Below are positions 19,134 through 28,227 of a stretch of DNA of 64,000 bases, piece after piece (position 1 is the first letter of the stretch; each line of letters opens with the position of its first letter). A program made the position numbers and the translations under genes. Below the pieces are notes generated by a model. The model ran no database searches. It saw only the letters and a program-made list of their open reading frames with translations, and was not told the DNA's origin. This stretch comes from a virus: positions 676 through 64,675 of the IMG/VR virus record IMGVR_UViG_3300024279_000007. One strand, given 5' to 3'.

Positions 19134-19418
19134 TCATGCCAGTTGCTCCTGCCGGTAGATCATGTCTATCTGCAACTTCTTCAACTGGTTATTGCTGACC
19201 GCCCATGACAGCGGATCGGTAATGCGCGTGCCGGACTTCGGCTTCACGTTGATGACGCCAAGGTATTCAAGGATCACCAGCGCTTCACGCAGCAGTGTGC
19301 GCGAGACCTTGTAGTGCTTGGCCAGTTCAGACTGTGGCGGCAGGCGTACACCGACACCCAGTTCAATCACCAGCTTGCTGAGACTGTCCAGCAGTTCAGC
19401 GTGACGTTGCGTGCTCAT
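19134..19418 (-). CDS. GntR-family winged-HTH DNA-binding protein (stand-alone)
   Basis: RLPPQSELAKHYKVSRTLLREALVILEYLGVINVKPKSGTRI matches the GntR wHTH pattern. Confidence 0.9.
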   Translation of the reverse strand: MSTQRHAELLDSLSKLVIELGVGVRLPPQSELAKHYKVSRTLLREALVILEYLGVINVKPKSGTRITDPLSWAVSNNQLKKLQIDMIYRQEQLA

Positions 19419-19798
19419 ATTGGTAGCTCCATCTGTTCAGGGCAGAAGTAGTTCAGCTTAGAGGCGTTCACTTTTTCGGGTACAGCCCGCAGATTCCAGT
19501 GAACATGGAGTCCGCATACTCTCGGATGACGTAAGGCTATTATGTGATCAACAACGTGCGGCTGTCCAGTTTCGTAGGTTAATCGTGCAGCTTCATCGTA
19601 GACCTTTCGAATCTCCCGAAAGTCGGCCCACGGTGGCGTCGCCAGCAGACGCTGGACAACCCAGCCGGACGCGCGCCATGAAGCCGGTAGCCGGTGCAGT
19701 TCACCCGCCATGATCCGGCGTCGTGCCCACGCGTGCCGCTGCGCGCCGAACGAGTATCGATTTGATTTGATTTGTGCAGAGAGTCGAAGCTGTTTCAT
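19415..19798 (-). CDS. HNH endonuclease (start uncertain)
   Basis: ATPPWAD...HVVDHIIALRHPRVCGLHVHWNLRAVPEKVNASK. Confidence 0.85.
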   Translation of the reverse strand: MKQLRLSAQIKSNRYSFGAQRHAWARRRIMAGELHRLPASWRASGWVVQRLLATPPWADFREIRKVYDEAARLTYETGQPHVVDHIIALRHPRVCGLHVHWNLRAVPEKVNASKLNYFCPEQMELPI

Positions 19799-19955
19799 GG
19801 TCGCCCCGCATGAGCCGGTCGTGTCGCACCACGTTGACCGTGAGCCAGTAGAGATACCGGCCACGGGCCTTGTCGCTGTCAGTCACGCTGTGCAGATAGC
19901 GGTATTCAACTATCTGGTACAGGGCTGAAAACAGCCGTTCGTGAAAGGCGTTCAT
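19701..19955 (-). CDS. Hypothetical protein
   Basis: Coupled small ORF; overlap with the HNH gene makes boundaries uncertain. Confidence 0.4.
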   Translation of the reverse strand: MNAFHERLFSALYQIVEYRYLHSVTDSDKARGRYLYWLTVNVVRHDRLMRGDHETASTLCTNQIKSILVRRAAARVGTTPDHGG

Positions 19956-20374
19956 GCGAGTTCCCTCACGCCAACCCGACCCATACGGTACAGGCCCGCC
20001 ATGGAACGATCGGTTGAACGACGGGGCGTGGAGACCGGTACGTGTGGGGTGTGGGGCAGTTGCGCGCGGGCTTCCGCCAGTTCAAGGAAGCTGCGGGTGA
20101 TGCTGTCATGGGCTTCCCGCAACTGGTCCTGCCAGCGCTCAAGCGAACAGCGCAGGTGGGACTGCTTCTGCTTGCTGCGGTTCGGGCGGTCGATTTCAAA
20201 CTGGACAGCCTGTATCCGGCGCGTGATGACCTCGGCGCGGAAACGGGAGTTCTCCAGTTCAACCGTCAGGCTGGAAATCAGCTTGTTCAGTTGAGTACGA
20301 TCCATCAGCTTGAGAGAGTTCATAGTTAGGGTCTTCAAAGTCTGCGTCACCCGGCATCCTCGGTGTGCCGTCAA
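19952..20374 (-). CDS. Hypothetical coiled-coil protein (start uncertain)
   Basis: Heptad-rich ORF in the operon. Confidence 0.55.
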   Translation of the reverse strand: MTAHRGCRVTQTLKTLTMNSLKLMDRTQLNKLISSLTVELENSRFRAEVITRRIQAVQFEIDRPNRSKQKQSHLRCSLERWQDQLREAHDSITRSFLELAEARAQLPHTPHVPVSTPRRSTDRSMAGLYRMGRVGVRELA

Positions 20375-20642
20375 CGCGATACCAGCAGAACCGTGATCCC
20401 CGCCTGTGTGGCGGTCTGTCTGCTGTCCATTTACAGCCCCACTGGTACCCGGTACAGGTGCAGTGCTCCTGATTGCCCCGCTCCCGTGTCCAGTTCTTTA
20501 TCACCCGGAACTTCGTGCCGCCGCAACCTTCGCACTTGCGCGGCCTCAGATACTGGTCCGGGTGCATGTTGAACACCGCGCGTTTCTTGCACTTCTCCTT
20601 GCTACAGCGCACATGCCAGCGTTGACGCGCCCGGACCAGCAC
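20259..20642 (-). CDS. Cys-rich zinc-finger-like protein
   Basis: CSKEKC, CEGCG, CTCTGY and HRRGSRFC ligand pattern. Confidence 0.6.
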   Translation of the reverse strand: MLVRARQRWHVRCSKEKCKKRAVFNMHPDQYLRPRKCEGCGGTKFRVIKNWTRERGNQEHCTCTGYQWGCKWTADRPPHRRGSRFCWYRVDGTPRMPGDADFEDPNYELSQADGSYSTEQADFQPDG

Positions 20643-20723
20643 ATTAACCTCCCTCGATCAGGTCTCTCACCCAGTAACCTGCCAGAAGCAGCAGGGCCAC
20701 CAGCACAAGGTAGGCTTGCAGCT

Positions 20724-21227
20724 TCATGACAGGAACTTCTTGCGGTCGGGTTTGGCGGGCTGGACATTGAAGCCGACGTTCATGCGGGCCTCAAGATTCC
20801 GGCTCTGCATGGCCAGCTTGTAGCCGGACTGGAAGCCGACCCATGCAGCCTGCGTCTTGCGGTCGAAGAAGCTGCCGCTGGCCGTCGCCGTGGTGTCCAT
20901 GCCGTCACGTTCCGCCATCCACAGGAACGTCCGGCGCTGGTCCTTCAGGTCTTCTTCCTTCAGTGGGTCCGGTTTCGCGGCATCAAGCCGGACTGTCGCC
21001 GCCTTGTTCAGCCCGTCACGCAGGCCCTTGATCACGGTCGCCGGATGCACGTCGTTATCCAGTTGCTGGCGGGCCATTTCCACGGTGTCCAGCAGAATAT
21101 TGGCTTCACGCATGTAGGCTGTGGACCAGCGCCCGATGATCATGCACTCTTTCAGCCATACCAGCCGGGACCGGTCGGACTCGCTCGCCAGTTCGATCAG
21201 CTTTATGCGTTCATCGTGATCAGACAT
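20724..21227 (-). CDS. Hypothetical protein
   Basis: RBS GGAG; coupled ORF. Confidence 0.65.
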   Translation of the reverse strand: MSDHDERIKLIELASESDRSRLVWLKECMIIGRWSTAYMREANILLDTVEMARQQLDNDVHPATVIKGLRDGLNKAATVRLDAAKPDPLKEEDLKDQRRTFLWMAERDGMDTTATASGSFFDRKTQAAWVGFQSGYKLAMQSRNLEARMNVGFNVQPAKPDRKKFLS

Positions 21228-21732
21228 GGCTGGTCTCCGGGACGTACAGGCGCGGGCACAGGTTACCGGGCAGATACAGCGGGTGGGCCGGTGAGCCGTC
21301 CTTGTTCAGCTTGAGTGCGTAGAGGTTGTACTGCTTGCTGATGGCACTGACCACAGTGCGCGCGTGGCGCTTGATGCCGGGGTGCAGCGAGCCGTGGCCC
21401 ACGATGATCTTCGTGCTGCCCTTGGCCCCGGCCACGGCGCGCTCGACGTGGACCAGCAGATCAGCGCTGGCCTGCCGGACGAGCCACGAATACATCAGCA
21501 TGGGTTCAGTGGCGCGAAAGCCGACGAGATTGATCAGGCGCACGCCGTCATAATTCCAGTAACGGGCGTAGGCCATGCAGCGTTTGGTGGTGGGATCGTC
21601 TGACTCCGAGTCAGCGGTGCTCGGGTTCAGAAGCAGGAAAGTGCAAATGCTTGGCGTCAGCGTTTCCGACCATACGCGTTGCAATTCCCAACGCATACGC
21701 CGGTCATCCGACAGGATGGCGGTGCGTAACAT
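21220..21732 (-). CDS. DUF1643 family protein
   Basis: R.ELQRVW...FLLLNPSTAD...DDPT..RC..YA..W.Y.G..LINL..FRATEP...P.HPLY signature. Confidence 0.9.
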   Translation of the reverse strand: MLRTAILSDDRRMRWELQRVWSETLTPSICTFLLLNPSTADSESDDPTTKRCMAYARYWNYDGVRLINLVGFRATEPMLMYSWLVRQASADLLVHVERAVAGAKGSTKIIVGHGSLHPGIKRHARTVVSAISKQYNLYALKLNKDGSPAHPLYLPGNLCPRLYVPETSHV

Positions 21733-21803
21733 TTTTTGTTCTCCAGCTTGAGAGAGTGTGCTGCTGACCGCAGCATATACTGCGGCCATGCAAAAGTCTA
21801 GTG

Positions 21804-22358
21804 TTATTCAGACAACTGCGATGTGGCAAAGCTGGCGTCGCGGCCATTCACTACTGCACCCGGCTGCGGGTCCGTCCCCCATTCATTCAGGTATTCGCGC
21901 CAGTACACCTTGCCGCCCGGTGCGTAGAAGCCCCAGTCCTGTACCCACGGACCCATGATAAACATGGTGGCGGTCTGTTCAGTAGTACTGATTTCCACGA
22001 TCTTGTGCCGGTCGGTGGCACGCCGGTAGATCACGTCGCCCGGTCGGCGCACGAAGTCTTCAAACAGGGTGTCGTCCAGTTCCGGGGACTGGTCCTGACT
22101 CTCGGGCATGCGCTCCACGAAGTAGCCGGACAGCACCACGCTGATCGACTCGGCGGGGTGATCGTGCAGGTGCCGGTCCACGTCAGCCGACTGGTAGACG
22201 TGCACGCGGGCCGACAGCTTCTGTTCAACCGCGTCTTTCGGGTTCGGTGTGACCCAGTAGCGCTGCTGGTAGCCGCGCAGGTGAAAGTACGGCGTCAGGG
22301 TGGCACGCTTGATCAGAATGTCAGCGAGCGATCCGAGAGGGGGCTTGCGCAGGCTCAT
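21804..22358 (-). CDS. Cupin-fold protein
   Basis: RVH......DRHLHDHP...SVVLSG...E and later RRATDRHKI...TMFIMGP metal-binding cupin motifs. Confidence 0.75.
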   Translation of the reverse strand: MSLRKPPLGSLADILIKRATLTPYFHLRGYQQRYWVTPNPKDAVEQKLSARVHVYQSADVDRHLHDHPAESISVVLSGYFVERMPESQDQSPELDDTLFEDFVRRPGDVIYRRATDRHKIVEISTTEQTATMFIMGPWVQDWGFYAPGGKVYWREYLNEWGTDPQPGAVVNGRDASFATSQLSE

Positions 22359-22891
22359 TGCTCGTCTCCATTGTGGTAGGTCACGTCACGGTCAAACTGC
22401 TTTTTCGACATGATGGCCAGCGTGCCGTGGCCGGGACGGCGCACAGACGGCATGAACTCACCGGTATGCGTATTGAATATCGGCGGGAAGTAGTTCTCCG
22501 TATAGTAGCGAACGCCACGCTCCAGTTCCTTCTCGCCACCTTGGTAGTAGCCGGGGCGGGGATTGTGCCTGATGCGGAGTTTCTTGCTGTTCAGTTGGCG
22601 ACCGCGTTTGGACTTGCTGACGATGCGTTGGGACATGGTGGTTGCTTCCTCTATGACAAGTGGTGATTCAACGAAACGGAAATTCTCGATGTGGCCGATT
22701 TCAAGTTGCAGTGCTTCCCGTGGACGCCAGACACTGGCCACTACGAACTGTCCAGTCTCCAGTGAACGGGCCAGCAGGGTCAGGACGGTCTGGTCATCCA
22801 GTCCATAGTCAACGGTGAGGATCGGGATATCGGTGCTGGCTTCCTCAAGCCACACCGCGTCAATCTTGCCGTCATTGATCATCGCCGTCAT
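22355..22891 (-). CDS. Hypothetical protein, probably two fused ORFs (internal start 22636)
   Basis: GAGGAAG RBS before an in-frame internal ATG. Confidence 0.55.
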   Translation of the reverse strand: MTAMINDGKIDAVWLEEASTDIPILTVDYGLDDQTVLTLLARSLETGQFVVASVWRPREALQLEIGHIENFRFVESPLVIEEATTMSQRIVSKSKRGRQLNSKKLRIRHNPRPGYYQGGEKELERGVRYYTENYFPPIFNTHTGEFMPSVRRPGHGTLAIMSKKQFDRDVTYHNGDEQ

Positions 22892-23195
22892 CCGGTTTGA
22901 TGACCAGTGTGCCGGTCACCGACAGGTTGGCCCTGATGTACACCATCCAGCCTTCCCTCCCGTCCAGCGGGTACGCGCGGCCAACCTCAGTCCACTGCGT
23001 GCCTTCCGTGCCATTGCGCTCGTTGCGCCACGGGCTGGCCAGCAGCACCTTGTACTTCGTGCCCTGACCCTTGCCCTGCTGCCGCCGTGGGCGGGCCACC
23101 TGTTCAAATTCTTCGTTGCTTTCCCTGACTGGGGGAAGGAACGGGTCATCGTCCGGTGGTGGGACTGGACGCCCCTGTGGTTTAGCCTGTTTCAT
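22872..23195 (-). CDS. Hypothetical small beta-rich protein, possibly nucleic-acid binding
   Basis: KYKVLLA...QWTEVGRAYP...GWMVYI pattern. Confidence 0.55.
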   Translation of the reverse strand: MKQAKPQGRPVPPPDDDPFLPPVRESNEEFEQVARPRRQQGKGQGTKYKVLLASPWRNERNGTEGTQWTEVGRAYPLDGREGWMVYIRANLSVTGTLVIKPDDGDDQ

Positions 23196-23374
23196 AGCCG
23201 TGTAAGTTGAAGGTGGATAATCCAGATCACGGCGGTCATGCGCCATGCGGTCTGTGAAAGCGTGGGTACGGTCGTGAAGCGGAGCACGCGCCGGATATCC
23301 CTGAACAGGCCGATGCTGAACAGGATCAGCATGAGCCACAGGAAGTGTGAAAGGCTGAAGATAGAGGCGATCAT
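23192..23374 (-). CDS. Small membrane protein
   Basis: Hydrophobic, coupled to both neighbours. Confidence 0.55.
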   Translation of the reverse strand: MIASIFSLSHFLWLMLILFSIGLFRDIRRVLRFTTVPTLSQTAWRMTAVIWIIHLQLTRL

Positions 23375-23580
23375 TTTAACCAGTCCTTTTTACGTTGATA
23401 TTCAGGGCCACGCGCAGCGTCACGCATGTGGTCGTAGGCTTCCTTGGTGCCGCTGATGAACAGACGCTGGACAGCTTTTTCGAGAATCAGCGCTGCGCCG
23501 ATCAGCACGCCACGCTTGACCAGCACATAGTCTTCCGGGCTACCCGGCCACGGATCGGGTTCAGTGGGCGGCTGGGCCAT
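23371..23580 (-). CDS. Hypothetical protein
   Basis: GGAG RBS, coupled ORF. Confidence 0.6.
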   Translation of the reverse strand: MAQPPTEPDPWPGSPEDYVLVKRGVLIGAALILEKAVQRLFISGTKEAYDHMRDAARGPEYQRKKDWLK

Positions 23581-23941
23581 TTATAAATCTCCAGTCCCGA
23601 TACTCCTGTGGCGTCATCACTTCCTCGGGCTGGAAGTGGCGGGCGGTGTCGTGAATGTAATGGTCAACCACAACCTCGGCCAGCACGTAGACTCTGCCGT
23701 CTTCAAGCACCTTGTGTCCAGTCACCCGGTAACAGAACGACGTGTCCGCGTCCTCATTGACCTTGGTGATGCGGGAGCCGACCGGGAACAGTTGCGCCAG
23801 CGCGATGATGGTTGCTGCGCGGGCTTCCAGCAGGCGGTTCGCGCTGACGCTGATGTTCATGCGTAGCATCATTTCCCGGTTGCGCTGCTGCACGCTGCGC
23901 GGGTCTTCGGTTTCTTCCTTGCGTGGTCTTCCGGCTGTCAT
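23561..23941 (-). CDS. Hypothetical protein
   Basis: GGAGG RBS before ATG 23941. Confidence 0.6.
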   Translation of the reverse strand: MTAGRPRKEETEDPRSVQQRNREMMLRMNISVSANRLLEARAATIIALAQLFPVGSRITKVNEDADTSFCYRVTGHKVLEDGRVYVLAEVVVDHYIHDTARHFQPEEVMTPQEYRDWRFINGPAAH

Positions 23942-23942
23942 G

Positions 23943-24437
23943 TCAAACCTCCTGAACTTCGATCTTGCCGCTATCGACAAGTTGCTGAATGACGGGTGCG
24001 ATCCACTTCTTCATGGACAGCACGTATTCACTACTTGGAAACACCCCCAACAGCCTGTTCAGTTTGTTGAACAGTGACACCCATGCGTCAACCCGCTCGT
24101 CGCCTTCCTTGAGTTCGGTGGCAAGAATCCAGTTACCCAGACCTTGCAGTTCTTCAGGAAAGCTGAAGTGAAAGATCGCGTAGCTTTCATCCTTCGGCAA
24201 GTCTTCCGTGAACATGAACAGCTTGTGATCGCGCAACGCCGTTTCATCAAAGTGCGTGCGGTTCGGCCCGCCCGTGCGTGTCAGGATGGCAATCTTCCAG
24301 CCTTCGGCCTTGTTCTGCGGCCTGATGAGAGTGGCATCCCGATAACGCACGATCTGGTTCTGGTCCATGTTCAGGATGGCCAGCGCCATTTTGGAATACG
24401 GGTTCTGTCCGACGACCAGTTCATAGAGAGAAGACAT
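23943..24437 (-). CDS. Hypothetical protein
   Basis: AAGGAGG RBS, downstream of its own promoter. Confidence 0.7.
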   Translation of the reverse strand: MSSLYELVVGQNPYSKMALAILNMDQNQIVRYRDATLIRPQNKAEGWKIAILTRTGGPNRTHFDETALRDHKLFMFTEDLPKDESYAIFHFSFPEELQGLGNWILATELKEGDERVDAWVSLFNKLNRLLGVFPSSEYVLSMKKWIAPVIQQLVDSGKIEVQEV

Positions 24438-24471
24438 TTTGTTCCTCCTTGGTGATGCTGTTGTAATGCTA

Positions 24472-24500
24472 ATCCTACTACAACAAAACTGGACAGTCAA
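24472..24500 (-). promoter_or_regulatory. Sigma70-type promoter TTGACT-17-TAGGAT
   Basis: -35 at 24495-24500, -10 at 24472-24477, exact 17 nt spacer, directly after a terminator. Confidence 0.75.
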
Positions 24501-24527
24501 GAAAAAGGGCGACTCATAGCCGCCCTT
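24501..24527 (-). terminator. Intrinsic terminator after the SSB gene
   Basis: AAGGGCG-loop-CGCCCTT followed by TTTCTT on the minus strand. Confidence 0.75.
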
Positions 24528-24551
24528 CTGCCCACGTTAACGCGTTACTGT

Positions 24552-25361
24552 TCAGTCAAGAAAGCGAGCACGGCGGCTTCCGCTATCCGCCCGGTCATCG
24601 CTTCTAGCACGGCGGCTACCATCAGCATCGTCGCCATCCCGATCACGGCCACGGCCACGGTCACGGTCGCGCCCGCCGCGTCGATTGCCTGCGCGGTCTC
24701 CATCATCGTCGCGGTCGTTGCCTTGCAGTGCCTTGTCCACGCCTTCCACGCTCCCGAACTCGCCCGCGACCTTATCCGGGTCTTGGACGGCGTTGCCGAA
24801 CGGATCGTCCTTCGCGCTGAACTGCAACGCCTTCCAGCGTGTGGATACCCCACGGTTTTCGTTGTCATATCCGAAGAAGTCCAGTTTGATGTAGCCCCAG
24901 TCGCCACTCACCCAGTCCGTCGCGTATCCGCTGTCCAGCGGAACCTGCGAATTGGGCTTGTACAGCAGCGGCGGCTGGTCAATCTCGGCACGGGTGCTGA
25001 TGTACATGCAGCCCGGAGCGCGCGGATCACCGTCATCGTCCGTTTCCTTGTCGCCGTCCAGCAGACACGTGGCGAACTTCGGCAGTACCTTGCCGAACAC
25101 TGTTTCCAAGGCGTGGTCAATGTGGTCTTCGATGAAATCGAGCATCTTGCCGTCGCTTTTGTCGATCAGGGCGACGACCGAATATTCCTCGACGTTGTTG
25201 CGTTTCTTGTTTTTGCGCGCTTTGAAACCGTTGAAATACGAGAGACGCACGGGTCCGAAAATCACGGTGCTGCCGGACTTCGTTTGTGCCTCGACCACTA
25301 CCGTCTTCAGCGTGCCCTTGCCGTCGCGGTCAACTCCATCGAAAGGTGCTTTTGCCATCAT
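24552..25361 (-). CDS. ssDNA-binding protein, DUF2815 (gp2.5-like)
   Basis: VRLSYF...YSVVALIDK...LLDGD...SG..G.IKLDFFGYD...GVS...ALQF; acidic tail. Confidence 0.9.
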   Translation of the reverse strand: MMAKAPFDGVDRDGKGTLKTVVVEAQTKSGSTVIFGPVRLSYFNGFKARKNKKRNNVEEYSVVALIDKSDGKMLDFIEDHIDHALETVFGKVLPKFATCLLDGDKETDDDGDPRAPGCMYISTRAEIDQPPLLYKPNSQVPLDSGYATDWVSGDWGYIKLDFFGYDNENRGVSTRWKALQFSAKDDPFGNAVQDPDKVAGEFGSVEGVDKALQGNDRDDDGDRAGNRRGGRDRDRGRGRDRDGDDADGSRRARSDDRADSGSRRARFLD

Positions 25362-25398
25362 TATCTCCAAAGGTTCAGTTCACAAGAGGTTCAAAGGT

Positions 25399-26733
25399 TC
25401 ATTCCTCAACTTCAAACCCTTGTCCAGCCGCATCCTGTGGCGGTGTGTACACCGCACGCGGATCGGACTCGGGCACCAGCACCGGTTTGCCTGCCGGTTT
25501 CACGATCAGTGATCCCAGCATGCGCTCCAGTTTCTTTGCGCCATGCACCAGCGCAGTCATTTTTGTGATTCCCAGCAGCTTGCGGGGTTCGTAAATCTCC
25601 GCTTCGCTATAGCCTTCCATGCGCAGCATACGCGCAACACGTGCGTTATCAGCATACTTCCTGTTGCTGCGTCCTTCAACCAGTTTCCAGCCCTTCACCG
25701 GCCTGCCTCGGGCGGCGCGCTCCTGTGCCCACGCCTTCAGGTCAGCCGCCCACTTCGCCAGATGGTCAGCCTCGGGCAGCACGTCTTCCACTTCCCGGTC
25801 AGTCATCAGGGCGACTTCCTTCGCATACTTGGCCATGTCCAGTCTCGCGTCCGCGCGTGCGCGGCAGTTGATCTTCGCCTTGCAGAAGCGGCACGTCTCG
25901 GGATCACTGGCATCGAACTCCACCGGCTCCAGCGTGTCACCCGTGAGTGACTCCCAGACCTTCGCGGCCACGGGAGCCAGCACCCGGTCTGCCCAGCGCA
26001 GTAGCTGTTCAGTGCTGATAATCCATGTCTTCACGTTGCCGATGCGCGGCTGGTAGACAGTGATCCTGAACTGTTTGGGCTTCAGGCCCATTGCCACCAG
26101 CTTCTCCCAGACGCCCAGCGAATACAGCATCGTCTGTTCGTTGTCCTCGACGTGCACCAGCACACCCTTGCCGTGCTTGTAGTCGTTCACGTCCGCGACT
26201 GCATCCCGCAGGAAGTAGCACCAGAAGTCCGTCGTGCCGAATCCTTCCGGTACCCAGCGCGAGAAGTTCACCCGTTCCTCGACACCATGCAGGATGAACT
26301 CGGAGCCGAACGCTTCTACCGCTTCGATCCGCTCCATCACATAGGAGACGTACTCCTGCACGTGGTCCTGCATGTCCACGGGGTGCTGTTCTTCGAACCT
26401 GTCCAGCGCTGCTTCTACTTCGTCACGTGTCAGGTCGTTATCGTCACCCTGAATCACGATCTTGCACTGTTCAGCATGCATCCACTGATCGACCGTAATA
26501 CGCTGCGCAATGCACTCGGATGCCATGGTGTGGGCGCGAGTGCCTTCCGCACTGTACTCGGTGGCCATGTCGGGAAAGTGCGCTTCCATCCACGCTGACG
26601 CGGTGCAGTTCATCCAGCGGTGCGCGCCGGACGCGGACAGCTTCGCGTGCTCGCGGTCAATGGCATGAACATCGTCCAGATCGCGGTGAATCGCTTTCCG
26701 CACCGGGACAACGGTGATGGGGCGCACTTTCAT
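25399..26733 (-). CDS. DUF2800 Cas4-like PD-(D/E)xK exonuclease
   Basis: HAKLSASGAHRWMNC, EGTRAH, GFGTTD, DYKHGKG, N.Q.MLY, CRFCKAKINCRAR. Confidence 0.9.
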   Translation of the reverse strand: MKVRPITVVPVRKAIHRDLDDVHAIDREHAKLSASGAHRWMNCTASAWMEAHFPDMATEYSAEGTRAHTMASECIAQRITVDQWMHAEQCKIVIQGDDNDLTRDEVEAALDRFEEQHPVDMQDHVQEYVSYVMERIEAVEAFGSEFILHGVEERVNFSRWVPEGFGTTDFWCYFLRDAVADVNDYKHGKGVLVHVEDNEQTMLYSLGVWEKLVAMGLKPKQFRITVYQPRIGNVKTWIISTEQLLRWADRVLAPVAAKVWESLTGDTLEPVEFDASDPETCRFCKAKINCRARADARLDMAKYAKEVALMTDREVEDVLPEADHLAKWAADLKAWAQERAARGRPVKGWKLVEGRSNRKYADNARVARMLRMEGYSEAEIYEPRKLLGITKMTALVHGAKKLERMLGSLIVKPAGKPVLVPESDPRAVYTPPQDAAGQGFEVEE

Positions 26734-26736
26734 GGC

Positions 26737-27426
26737 TTAAAGAATGTCGTCCGACGTTTTGTAACCCGTGCCTGACGGCTTGTAGTCAGCGTCGTCCTCG
26801 GGGCGGAACTCAGGGTCAACAGTACCCGCGTAGCCCATGCCCAGTTCGGGCGGCATGCCGGGAGTGCGCGGCAGGTTGTCCAGCATAGGATTGCCGTTCT
26901 TCAGAATCCGCTGTTCAATGTCAACTGCACGTTCGCGCTGGACAGAGGAACCGGGCAGCGCCATTGCAATGATCTGGTCAGCCATGTTGTTGATCACGGC
27001 CAGCACACGGTGCGCTGCGTTGCTCGGATCGTAGGTCTCGCTGCCGATCAGCACGCCGCGCATGTCCAGCTTGCCTTCCTCACCATCCTCGCTGATGTTC
27101 TGGATGATCTGGAAGACGGCGGAACCGGGCGGCAGCTTCATGTCCTCAGTGAGGACGTTGGCGGGTGTAATCTCGTCGCCCGCAGCCGTGGCGGCGCGAT
27201 GGTATTCCTCCAGTTCACCCAGCTTGACCAGCGCCAGACTGAAGGCGACGTTGCACTGCTGTTCGAAGCAGTTGGGCACATGGGTGTACTGGCTCTGCTT
27301 TTCGATCCTGATGCCGGTGTGCAGGTCCAGTTCGCAGACCACAGCGGTGCCTTCTTCCGGATTGTCCAGTGTGATGAACCGATAGTCTGCTACCAGCAGC
27401 TTCAGTTCGTCGGGAGAGATTGTCAT
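26737..27426 (-). CDS. Hypothetical protein, N-terminus resembles the Gp49-like phage domain
   Basis: VVCELDLHTG...AFSLALVKLGELEEY pattern. Confidence 0.5.
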   Translation of the reverse strand: MTISPDELKLLVADYRFITLDNPEEGTAVVCELDLHTGIRIEKQSQYTHVPNCFEQQCNVAFSLALVKLGELEEYHRAATAAGDEITPANVLTEDMKLPPGSAVFQIIQNISEDGEEGKLDMRGVLIGSETYDPSNAAHRVLAVINNMADQIIAMALPGSSVQRERAVDIEQRILKNGNPMLDNLPRTPGMPPELGMGYAGTVDPEFRPEDDADYKPSGTGYKTSDDIL

Positions 27427-27548
27427 GGTGTCCTCTGTTCAGGGGAGAAATGGCCGGTTTGTATCCACAGGTACCGGCCAACCTGCCTTTTCCCCGCCGT
27501 TGTGAACCTGCCAACCGATAACAGGTGGCGGGCTGGATTCAGTGCTGC

Positions 27549-27959
27549 TTAGTCCAGCGCGCGGCGGCGCGACTTGCCAGCGCCTTCCACGATAGCCTTG
27601 ATGGCTTCATACACCTTGACACGGACCGCTGCGGACTTCTTCTCCAGACCGCTGATCGACTCGGCACCCGTGTCGCTGATGATGGCGATGGCCTTGTCCT
27701 GATCATCGTCCGACTCGATCTTCGACGCGAGTTCGCGAATCTGGTCAACCGTGTAGTCCGGGCCTTCGTCCGCACCTTTCTCGTCCTTGCCTTTATCGTC
27801 CGCACCCTTGCGGCTACGGCCACCCTTGCCGGACGATTCCGCGCCCTTGTCTTCGGCTACGACAGCGGCGGCTCTCTCTGCCGACAGGCCAAGGAAGGCC
27901 GATGCAGCCTTGAACACTTCAGCTTGGCTCTCGCCCGTGAAGGTGATGGAAATGGTCAT
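27549..27959 (-). CDS. Hypothetical protein of APSE-type replication modules
   Basis: Low-complexity linker then YTVDQIRELA...GAESISGL; usual position upstream of DUF2800. Confidence 0.7.
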   Translation of the reverse strand: MTISITFTGESQAEVFKAASAFLGLSAERAAAVVAEDKGAESSGKGGRSRKGADDKGKDEKGADEGPDYTVDQIRELASKIESDDDQDKAIAIISDTGAESISGLEKKSAAVRVKVYEAIKAIVEGAGKSRRRALD

Positions 27960-28008
27960 GGTAGTTCTCCAGTTATATGGAATTGATTACAGCTTAGGGA
28001 AGTAGCGC

Positions 28009-28170
28009 TCAGGTGCGCAGGGTAGTCTGCTGTCCAGACGGATCAGCAGGCATGGGGGTACGCGGGCAGTCAGCAGCCACGGAGACAAACATGGCACGCA
28101 GGATGATGCCCCACGCAATGAAGGCGACGGCGAAGGAGATAGCCCACGTCGTGGGTCTGATCTTAAACAT
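28009..28170 (-). CDS. Small membrane protein (53 aa, MFKIRPTTWAISFAVAFIAWGIIL...)
   Basis: Single TM helix; read manually, a different frame from the ORF-track entries here. Confidence 0.5.
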   Translation of the reverse strand: MFKIRPTTWAISFAVAFIAWGIILRAMFVSVAADCPRTPMPADPSGQQTTLRT

Positions 28171-28227
28171 AGGTTCAACTCGCACAGGTTCAGGTTCACA
28201 GGTTCAAGGCAGGCGCTGCACCTATCC

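Noticed and set aside
25399-26733. Cas4-like nuclease as part of a CRISPR system
   Set aside because: Standard DUF2800 gene in its usual context with DUF2815 and PolA
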